Origin: Paraspadella gotoi
Taxonomy: Eukaryota; Animalia; Chaetognatha
Assembly: GCA_051294375.1 (NCBI GenBank)
Contig: JBJCIZ010000240.1
Span: forward strand, 1 to 64,000
Direction of reading: 5' to 3'
Length of the DNA: 64,000 nt
Shown piece after piece: positions 1 to 9,540 of the stretch; the first letter of the stretch is position 1; each line of letters starts with the position of its first letter. Position numbers and translations under genes: made by a program. The notes under the pieces were generated by a model. It was not told where the DNA came from, did not search any database, and saw nothing but the letters and a program-made list of their open reading frames with translations.

Positions 1-1040
1 TGTCGAATATAATAGAATTAGATTCTAATTTAGAAGGTACATATGATTAATAATAGCGCGTTTAATGATAACTAGATATTAGGTATTAAATTTCGTTCAT
101 AATTTAAGAAGAATTTGATGGAAATGATCATTTTTTCTTGTCGCAAATGACGATTTTTAAAGCGTATAAAATACTAATAAAATGTTACTACTACTTTAGG
201 GTATTATAAAATTAAATTATTAACATTTTCAAAATTCATATATTCAAAATATGAAATTAAAGACCTTTAAGTTTATTTTGCTAAGTTTAGTATCAAATTC
301 TTTTTTTTGGACGTATGTTTATTTATAGTTATGAATAATTTTGAGTAAAAAATAGGCTAAAGATTGAAAAATGAAAGATGAAATTTAATAATGTCGCCAA
401 ACTGAATCTAAAGAAAGTCACGAAAATGATTCGGATGATACAGAAGTCATTATCACTTTGATTATCGACGAGTATCATGATAATAGAAGTCATTCGAAAT
501 ATATAGAACTTAATTTATAAAAAATGATAGTGTTGTATAACAGGCCTGTTAATGAAATTAATTATCAGATTTTAATTTAAAATAAAAAACAATCAATAAA
601 AATTGATGAGGTTGTAATTTGTTCTCAGCTAAACAAATTTAAATATATTCTTGATAAATAATCGGCCCACATATAAATCGAATTATAAGTGAAGAAATTA
701 AACTGTACTTTTATTAACCTCAAAAATTTCCATGTCTTGAGCTTTAAAAATTCCTTCTTTTATATGATGTCAATAAGTAGAAAGAGACGTGATATCAATA
801 ATACAATATGCAAATTATTTTAAAGACTAGACGAAAAATACACAAAGTTACAGCAAAACGATATTCTTTGTTAAACTGTTAATTATTATTGTTATTTGTC
901 ATGGTTTAATACTATCAACGACATAAACGAATATCGACTGATGAATAAAAGAGGAAATGGGAAAAGGAAACTAGATTCTCCCTTTGCTAAAACCTCGTTG
1001 CATTTTCGAGTTCAGGTTTATTTGTTTATAAAAAAAATGA

Positions 1041-1043
<3 letters not shown>

Positions 1044-1081
<38 letters not shown>

Positions 1082-1167
1082 AGAGAAGAAGAGAGGTAGA
1101 GAGGAGAGAGAGATGAGAGAGAGAGAGGAGAGAGAGAGAAGAGAGAGATGAAGGAGGAGAAAGATGA

Positions 1168-1199
<32 letters not shown>

Positions 1200-1205
1200 G
1201 GGGGG

Positions 1206-1236
<31 letters not shown>

Positions 1237-1290
1237 AACAGGGGGGGAGAGAGGAGAGAGAGAGAGAGAGAGAGAAGAGAGAGAGAGAAG

Positions 1291-1346
<56 letters not shown>

Positions 1347-1351
1347 TGAGT

Positions 1352-1402
<51 letters not shown>

Positions 1403-1410
1403 TAGTGTGT

Positions 1411-1452
<42 letters not shown>
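1044..1452. repeat. Imperfect (GA)n microsatellite / polypurine tract
   Basis: Long runs of GA dinucleotides with interruptions, read directly. Confidence 0.95.
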
Positions 1453-1453
<1 letters not shown>

Positions 1454-1554
1454 GGGGGAGAGGAAAAAATAAATAATTAATCGTGTTTTGAGAGAAGCGG
1501 AAAGAAGAGTTTGGAAAATAAAAATGGAAACGTTTTTCCTGGGATCGTTTCTGT

Positions 1555-1579
1555 TCTCTCTCTCTCTCTCTCTCTCTCT

Positions 1580-1612
<33 letters not shown>

Positions 1613-1635
1613 CTCTCTCTCCTCTCCTCTCTCAT
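1555..1635. repeat. (CT)n microsatellite
   Basis: CT dinucleotide run, read directly. Confidence 0.95.
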
Positions 1636-1868
1636 CTGCTCTTTCTTGTTTGTCTTGCCTTAAGTAAATTTTCATATACTTTCTTTTATTATAAATTATA
1701 GTTTCATTGACTAAAAACATATCAATTTATATCCTTCTTTTCTTTTTGCTTTTCCAACTTTTCATTCTCCATTTCCTCCCTTTCTCTGACTTTCTCTCTC
1801 TCTCTCCCATCGCACCTCCCTCTTTCCTTTCCCGGAATCTCCTTTATTAAATCTCATCTCATCTCCGT

Positions 1869-1869
<1 letters not shown>

Positions 1870-1920
<51 letters not shown>
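1870..1920. repeat. (GA)n microsatellite
   Basis: Perfect GA run. Confidence 0.95.
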
Positions 1921-1925
<5 letters not shown>

Positions 1926-2042
1926 TTATTTGCGCGACAACTTTTAAATCTATGATAATTTTCGCCGAGTTTTCTCTTTCGACGCGCGGGATTTCAAATC
2001 TGCGACGAAAGATAGAAAGGCGAAACAGCACTGCAAAGTCCC

Positions 2043-2058
2043 CGTTGTTGTTGTCGTT

Positions 2059-2097
<39 letters not shown>

Positions 2098-2100
2098 GTC
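2043..2100. repeat. (TCG/TTG)n trinucleotide microsatellite
   Basis: gttgttgttgtcgttgtcgtcgtcg... run. Confidence 0.9.
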
Positions 2101-2207
2101 CCTCTTAGCCCACGATCGACGACGACATTCTGGAAAGATAAATATTTAATTAAACTAACTTGAGAGGACGTGATATGTTTCGTATGTGGTTATTTAATCC
2201 GATTTAA

Positions 2208-2208
<1 letters not shown>

Positions 2209-2286
<78 letters not shown>
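2209..2286. repeat. (TCG)n trinucleotide microsatellite
   Basis: About 26 near-perfect TCG units. Confidence 0.95.
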
Positions 2287-2288
<2 letters not shown>

Positions 2289-2407
2289 TCTTTTATCAAA
2301 TTATTCCCAAGTTTTATCCAATGGCTCTTCGCTCCGCCCGTCGAATGTTCACCCACAGCGTGAGCGGTGATTCACAGCCCCTTTCCCTCTGTTGCTCCTT
2401 CGTCATT

Positions 2408-2409
2408 TC

Positions 2410-2448
<39 letters not shown>

Positions 2449-2490
2449 ACTTTCTCTCTTTCTTTATATCTTTCTTTCTTTCTTTTCTTT
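2408..2490. repeat. (TTTC)n tetranucleotide microsatellite
   Basis: tttctttc run, degenerate at the right end. Confidence 0.85.
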
Positions 2491-2726
2491 GTTTTTTTTT
2501 ATTTTAGATTCCATGAATTTTTATCTGATTTCACAAACCAATTTTCTTTCTCTTATCTACTTTTTCTTTATTTGTTTAGTTTTTGTGTCTTTGACTTTGA
2601 CTTTGAATTTTGTTCTTTTGTTTTATTATTGTATTTTTGTATTTTCCTTTCTTTTCTTTTCTTTTTTGGTTCTTGTACTTAATCTTTTCATTTCATTGAG
2701 CTTCTTTCCTTTTTTCCTCCATTCCG

Positions 2727-2786
2727 TCCTTCCTTCCTTCCTTCCTTCCTTCCTTCCTTCCTTCCTTCCTTCCTTCCTTCCTTCCT
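2727..2786. repeat. (TTCC)n tetranucleotide microsatellite
   Basis: Perfect ccttccttcc run. Confidence 0.95.
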
Positions 2787-3005
2787 TTCATTTACCTTTT
2801 CTTCTTTTCTTTCTTGACTTTTTTCCTTTCTTTCCTTTCCTCCGATTTCCTCCATTGTTTTCCAATCCGCTTTCCTCCGTTTCCTCCAAGCCTCCGCTTC
2901 CGTTGGCGCCATTTGTCTTTATTATCTCTTATCATTTGTCTCGTGACGAAAGCGAAAGATGGCGCTGTGAGAGAAAGAGAAAAAAATGGATTAAAGAATA
3001 AAAAT

Positions 3006-3007
<2 letters not shown>

Positions 3008-3101
<94 letters not shown>
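3008..3101. repeat. (GA)n microsatellite
   Basis: Perfect GA run of about 47 units. Confidence 0.95.
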
Positions 3102-3103
<2 letters not shown>

Positions 3104-3341
3104 TTTCTGAGATTCGAGTCACGCACAATGCCGGTCGCTTCAAGAACAATGACGCTGGATTCTCCCCTTAATGTGTGACAACTTAATTTGTTTTATTTTT
3201 TCTCTCCTTTCACTCTCTCTCGCTCTTTCTCACTTTTTCCACTGCCTTCTTTTTTTTTCTCAAAACTCCCGCGCATCTTGTCTCGCTCTCTATCTCTCAC
3301 TGTCTGGTTAGGTCTTTTTTTCTCCATTCCATGCGTTTATA

Positions 3342-3344
<3 letters not shown>

Positions 3345-3374
<30 letters not shown>

Positions 3375-3403
3375 NNNNNNNNNNNNNNNNNNNNNNNNNT
3401 CTC

Positions 3404-3464
<61 letters not shown>

Positions 3465-3505
3465 ATTCTCTCTCTCTCTCTTTCTCTCTCTCTGTCTCCC
3501 TCTCT
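3345..3505. repeat. (CT)n microsatellite containing a 25-N gap (3375-3399)
   Basis: CT run interrupted by an N gap. Confidence 0.9.
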
Positions 3506-3632
3506 ATCAGTCTTGGCGCCTGATACAAAAATAATCCATCCTCAAACAGCCCGAAGCGAAACCTCGGTTTTTCCTCTCGACGAAACGAAAGAAATTTTTT
3601 CTAATGTCTTTGCCGTCGCCATGAGATTCTTC

Positions 3633-3758
<126 letters not shown>

Positions 3759-4207
3759 TTATTTTTGAACAGAAATCGTCTCCTTCTCTATTAACCTTCC
3801 TCACTTTTCAGTCTTCAATTTTCTAATTAATATTTTCCTTCTTTCATATAATTTTTCTTATATTTTTAGCCTCCAGGCCAAAGTCGTTTTTTTTTCTATT
3901 ATCGGAAGCCTTCGAATCCTCATATATATTTTATTTTCATAATTCCATCTCTCCTTTTAATCTTTTCCCTCTTTCCTTTTTACCTTAAAAGGATTCCTTT
4001 CACTTCTCTTTTCACTTTCCCCTCATTTTCCTCTCTTTTCCTCTCTTCCTCTCTCCCCTTCCTCCCCTCTCTCCTCCCCTCCTCTCTCCCCTTTCCTCCC
4101 ACTCTCCTCTCCCTTCTTCTCTTATCACCAACGACCCATTTTCAGGGGTGATTGTTTACGTAACCGCCGTTGGTCGTTGGCGGTTATCGAAGGGTAACGC
4201 CGCCTCC

Positions 4208-4808
4208 ACGTCGTCGTCGTTCGTGTTGTCATCGTCAACGTCGTCATCGCTTTTTCCTCATTGTCCATGCTTGTCATTGTCGTCATCATCATCGTCATTT
4301 AGTTATCGTCGTGTGTTAACGTCATTGTCCTCATCGTCATCGTCTTCATCATAGTCGTTATCGCCATTGTTGTGTTTGTCTTTAATGCCATTGTCCTCAT
4401 TGTTATCTTCATCATCTTCGCGTTTGTCATTATCGTGATCATCGAAGTCGTCTTCTTAGTCGACCTCATCGTCATCGTCTTCATCGTCATTGTCGTCTTG
4501 TCATTATCGCATAGTCGTCATCATCATCGTCGTTTTTGTCATTGTCTTTATCGTCATCGTCATCTTTGTCATTATCGTCATAGTCGTCATCATCATCATC
4601 GTTTTCATCATCATCTTCATCGTCATCGTCGTCTATGTCATTATCGTATAGTCGTCATCATCGACGTCATTTTCGTCATCGTCTTCATTGTCTATGTCAT
4701 TATCGTCATAGTCGTACATCATCATCGTCGTTTTCGTCATCGTCATCATCGTCTATGTCGTCGTCATCATCGTCGTTATCGTCATCGTCGTCGTCATCAA
4801 CGTCGTCA
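4208..4808. repeat. Degenerate (TCA/TCG)n repeat with a 60-69 bp higher-order unit
   Basis: The unit start TGTCATTATCG(TC)ATAGTCGT recurs at ~4499, 4567, 4636 and 4695 within a cryptic trinucleotide background. Confidence 0.85.
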
Positions 4809-4967
4809 ATTTCGGTCGCATTACAATTCCATCAGGAAATCGCGCGAAGACCCGAAGGGAGTTGGCTGGGGGGAAGAAGGGGGGAGAAGGGGGGAAGAAG
4901 GGGGGAGAAGGGGCGAGTGGAGTTCGAAAAGAGGATAAGAGTTTAGGGGGGCGGGGGCGACGCCGTC

Positions 4968-5574
4968 TCTGTGTTGTTGTCGTGCTTGTAAGATTTCTCT
5001 CATCTAATTCATTTCGACATTTCGTTTATTCTTTCTTTTTATAAATTGGGAATGTTTTTTTTTTTTTTGACGCATTATTAAAATTTAGGTTCGCGTCGAA
5101 TAATGTAGTTACAAATATTAGCAACAATTTACTCTACATTCAACGTTATTTAACATCATTTTAGCGTCTTAAAAACGACTCTCTCCGTTATTTTTTCGCG
5201 TGTGACCTTAAAACCAACTATACGCATTAAATTACATTTACATCTATAATTATATACTATTTCACAACCTGCTTGAATAAAAAAAAAAACTAAATATAAA
5301 TGTTAGGGAAAATATCACTTTTATATCAGTTTTCGGAAGGAAAAATCGTCGTATTATGCAGTCGTCGTCGTCCGTCCGTTTCGTCGTTTCGTTTTCGTCG
5401 TCGTCAGTCGCATCCGTCGTCCTCGTCGTCGTAAATGTGTTTGTTTTGAAGTCGATGTTGTTTTCATTTCTTTCGCTGACCGACTGAGCGAGATTATGAC
5501 GACGATAATGAGGACGACGAGGAACGACGACAAAGGAGACGTAATCGCGAGAGACGAAAAAATGTGGAGGCGGT
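4968..5574 (+). repeat. Block A, copy 1 (~600 bp; redundant with 6060-6653)
   Basis: Shared anchors include tttaggttcgcgtcgaataatg, tactctacattcaacgttatttaacatcat and gtaatcgcgagagacgaaaaaatgtggaggcggt. Differences are mostly 1-nt indels. Confidence 0.95.
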
Positions 5575-5687
5575 TGGTGAGTTTGGTGTGGCGTTGTGCG
5601 CATGTTTCGTGGTCGTCGTTCCATTTCAGAGTCTTAGACCCGAAATGCGGTAATAATAACTTTTTCGCCTTCGATGCCTTTTTTATG

Positions 5688-5784
5688 AGAGAGAGAGAGA
5701 GAGAGTAGAGGAGAGAGGGAGGCGGTAGAGAGAGAGAGAGAGAGAGAAGAGAAGAGAGAAGGAGAGAGAGAGAGAGAGAGAGAG
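5688..5784. repeat. Imperfect (GA)n microsatellite
   Basis: GA run with interruptions. Confidence 0.9.
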
Positions 5785-6052
5785 TCCATTGGAAATCTCT
5801 TGCTCGCTTTATTGGATTAGCGCGGGCAACGTCGGGCGAGCAGGTCGGGCTTGCCCTCCTCCGCTCTGATACTTTCGCTGAACTTTTACCGCCAAAAGAT
5901 GGAATGCTCATCGAGGGATGCGATCAAGGGATCCGATCAGGGGATCGATCAAAATTACGATCGGCGGATGCGATCAAAGAACGTTTGAGATTTCGTGCAA
6001 TTTCGTTGATTTGTTTATCAAAGAGAAGAGGATGAAATTTCGCTTGAGAGGA
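5784..6052 (+). repeat. Block B, copy 1 (also at 12006-12276 and, partially, 17450-17585)
   Basis: Shared anchors include tctcttgctcgctttattggattagcgcgggcaa, gggatgcgatcaagggatccgatcagggg and cgttgatttgtttatcaaagagaagaggat. Confidence 0.95.
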
Positions 6053-6059
6053 ATCTCTC

Positions 6060-6653
6060 TCCTCTGTTGTTGTCGTTGTTGTAGATTTCTCTCATGTAAT
6101 CATTTCGACATTTACGTTTATTCTTTCTTTTATAAATTGGGACTTTGTTTTTTTTTCTTTTGACCATTTTTAAAATTTAGGTTCGCGTCGAATAATGTCA
6201 GTTACAAATATTACAACAATTACTCTACATTCAACGTTATTTAACATCATTTAGCGTCTTAAAAACGACTCTCTCGTTATTTTTGTCGGTGTGACCTTAA
6301 ACAATATGACCATTAAATTACATTTACATTATAATTTATATATATATTTACAGCCTGCTTGACATTAAAAAAAACTAAATATAAATGTTAGGAAAAATAT
6401 CACTTATATACAGATTTTCGGAAGGAAAATCGTCGTATTATGCAGTCGTCGTCGTCGTTTTCGTCGTGGTTTTCGTCGTCGTCAGCCATCGTCGTCCTCG
6501 TCGTCGTAAATGTCGTTTGTTTTGAAGTCGATGTTGTTTTCATTTCTTTCGCTGACCGACTGAGGCGACGATTATGACGACGATAATGAGGACGACGAGG
6601 AACGACGACGAACGATGACGTAATCGCGAGAGACGAAAAAATGTGGAGGCGGT
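6060..6653 (+). repeat. Block A, copy 2
   Basis: Colinear with 4968-5574. It ends abruptly where the 70-bp array begins. Confidence 0.95.
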
Positions 6654-8605
6654 CCTAGCCGAGTACACGACCATTCCAGTTTCACATGCCGACACGGAAA
6701 AATTCCTACCCACCTCCGTTTACCCTTGCCTACGAGTACACAGACCATCAGTTGTCACATCCGACCAGAAAAATTCCTACCACCTCCGTTACCCTTCCTA
6801 GCGAGTACACAGCCAATCAGTTTCACAATCCGACCACTGGAAAAATTCCTACCACCTCCTGTTACCCTCCTGACCGAGTACACAGACCATCAGTTTCACA
6901 TCCGTACCACGCGAAAAATTGCCTACCACCTCCGTTACCCTTCCTACCGAGTACACAGACCATGCGTTCACATCCGACCACGGAAAAATTACTACCACCT
7001 CCGTTACCCTTCCTACCGAGTACACAGACCATCAGTTTCACATCCGACCACGGAAAAATTCCTACCACCTCCGTTACCCTCCTACCGATGTACACAGACC
7101 GATCAGTTTCCACATCCGCAACCACGGGAAAATTGCTACCAACCTCGTCTTGTTACCCTCCCCTACCGAGTACACAAGACCATCATTTTCACATCCGGCA
7201 CCACGTGGAAAAAATTCTCCTACCACCTCCGTTAACCCTTCTACAGTACACAGACCATCAGCTTTCACATCCGACCACGGGAAAAATTCCTACCACCTCC
7301 GTACCCTTCCTACCGAGTACACAGACCATCAGTTTCCACATGCCGACACGGAAAAATTCATACCACCTCCGTTACCCTTCCTACGAGTACACAGACCATC
7401 AGTTTCACATCCGACCACGGAAAAAATTCCGTACCCACCTCCTGTTACCCTTCCTACCGAGTACACAGACCATCAGTTTCACATCCGACCACGGAAAAAT
7501 TCCTACCACCTCCGGCTTCCCTTTCCTACCGAGTACAACAGACCATTCAGTTTCACATGCCGACCACGGAAAATTCCTACCACCTCCGTTACCCTTCCCT
7601 ACCGAAGGTACACAGACCATCAGTTTCACATCCGACCACGGAAAAATTCCTACCACCTCCGTTACCCTTCCTACCGAGTACACAGACCACAGTTTCACAT
7701 CCGACCACGGAAATTCCCTACCACCTCCGTTACCTTTCTACGCAGTTACACCAGACATCAGTTTCACATTTCCGACCACGGAAAAATTTCCTACCCTCCG
7801 CTTACCCTTTCCTACAAGTACACAGACCCAATCAGTTTCACACGACCACGGAAAAATTGCCTACCCACCTCCGTACCCTTCCTACGAGGTACACAGACCA
7901 TCAGTTTCAACATCCGACCACGAGAAAAAATTCCTTACCACCTCCCGTTACCCTCCTACCGAGTACACAGACCATCAGTTTCACATCGACCACGGAAATT
8001 CCTACCACCTCCGTTTTACCCTTCTACCGATTACACAGACCATCAGGTTTCACATCCGGACCACGGAAAATTCCTACCACCTCCGTTACCCTTTCCTACC
8101 GAGTACACAGACCAATCAGTTTCACATCCGACCACGGAAAAATTCCTACCACTCCGTTTACCCTCCTACCGAGTACACAGACCATCAGTTTCACATTCCG
8201 ACCACGGCTGAAAATCCTCCACCTCCGTTACCTTTCCTAGACCGAGTACACAGACATTCAGTTTCACATCCGACCACGGAAAAAATTCCTACCACCTCCG
8301 TTACCCTTCCTACCGAGTACACAGACCATCAGTTTCACTGCCGACCACTGGAAAAATTCCTAACCACCTTCCGTTAACCCTTCCTTACGAGTACACACGA
8401 CCATCGAGTTTCACATCCGACACGCGCAAAAATTCCCTACCACCTCCGGTTACCCTTCCTACCGAGTACACAGACCACAGTTTCCACATCCGACCACGGA
8501 AAAATTCCTACCCACCTCGTTACCCTTCCTACGAGTACACAGGACCATCAGTTTCACATCCGACCACGGAAAAAATTTCCTACACCTCCGTTACCCTTTC
8601 CTACC
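6654..8605. repeat. Tandem array (minisatellite/satellite), 70-bp unit, about 27 copies
   Basis: Consensus ACCGAGTACACAGACCATCAGTTTCACATCCGACCACGGAAAAATTCCTACCACCTCCGTTACCCTTCCT, head-to-tail with no unique spacers. Copy differences are sporadic indels. Confidence 0.97.
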
Positions 8606-9259
8606 TATATCTCTTGGATCTAGGCCGCCATCCACCCACCACTGTTTCGATTACTTGATTAAAGTAAAATATTGTACAAGCGAGAGTTAATTCTTTATTT
8701 GAGTCTGTGACTTTTAATTCTTTATTTTAAAGAAAAAATGTCAAAATATTTTTTCTCTAATTCACAATCCTGTATTCATCTGTACATATTTTAGCAAAAA
8801 AAAAGGTTTTTATGTGGAAAATGGTTTTTGCTATAAAAAAGATTTCAGTTATTATCTATAACTACAAATATGTAAATAGGATTGAGTTATTGTTTTGAAG
8901 ATGCTTCGTTTTCAATTTCAAAATGGCTTATTCGACTTTTTGAAGCGACGACCGAGAATCTAACGCATTTTTAAATGTTTATTTATATTGAATTGTTGAA
9001 AACAAACACCACATTTGACAAAACAATTCTAACAAGAACGTAATTCAATGGTATTCCGTTTCAGTGACTGCTTATCACGTATATTATCATAAGATGACAA
9101 GACAAGACGTGAATTGACATCTTTACTTGACTGAATGACTACAACGATTTTGCATGCGAATTACGACAAAAAGTTAAGATAAATAAAAAATTAAATAATA
9201 ATAAGATAAATAAATAAATAAATAATTTATTTTACAAACATCGATGAAACCATTTAAAG

Positions 9260-9540
9260 ATCTCTCTCTCTGTCTCACATCAATTTCTTTTCCCTCCACT
9301 TTCCCTCTCTCTCTCTGTCCCTAACTTTACTTTTCCCTCACATCTGACCACTATCCTGATCTCAATTCTTTGTTGGGGAAAACTTTTATTTCTTCTCTCT
9401 CTCTCTCTCCTCTCTCTTTCTCTCTCTTTCCGTCTCTTTCCGTCTCTTTCCGTCTCTCTCCGTGTCTCTCCGTCTCTGTCTGTGTCCTCATGTGTCTGTC
9501 TCTCTCTGTGTGGGTCTGTCTCTCCTCTGTACATCTCTTG
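9260..9540. repeat. Pyrimidine-rich low-complexity tract with (CTTTCCGTCT)x3-4 subrepeat
   Basis: ctctttccgtctctttccgtctctttccgtctctctccgtg at ~9424-9475. Confidence 0.75.

Noticed and set aside
1-1040. AT-rich stretch with a short protein-like frame (ESHENDSDDTEVIITLIIDEY...) as a viral or transposon relic
   Set aside because: The frame is only ~42 codons between stops and has no recognisable motif. BLASTX would be needed to support it.
6053-6086. Resemblance to the PacBio SMRTbell adapter (ATCTCTCTC...GTTGTTGTTG...AGAT)
   Set aside because: The gttgttgtcg portion is also present in block A copy 1, and the flanks are a direct rather than inverted repeat, so it is not a missed adapter.
6686-8377. 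563-aa and 430-aa ORFs as genes
   Set aside because: They arise from a stop-free 70-bp repeat. The reading frame wanders through indels and there is no non-repeat domain.
6654-8605. CRISPR-like repeat array
   Set aside because: Units are head-to-tail with no unique spacers, there are no cas genes, and the context is eukaryotic.
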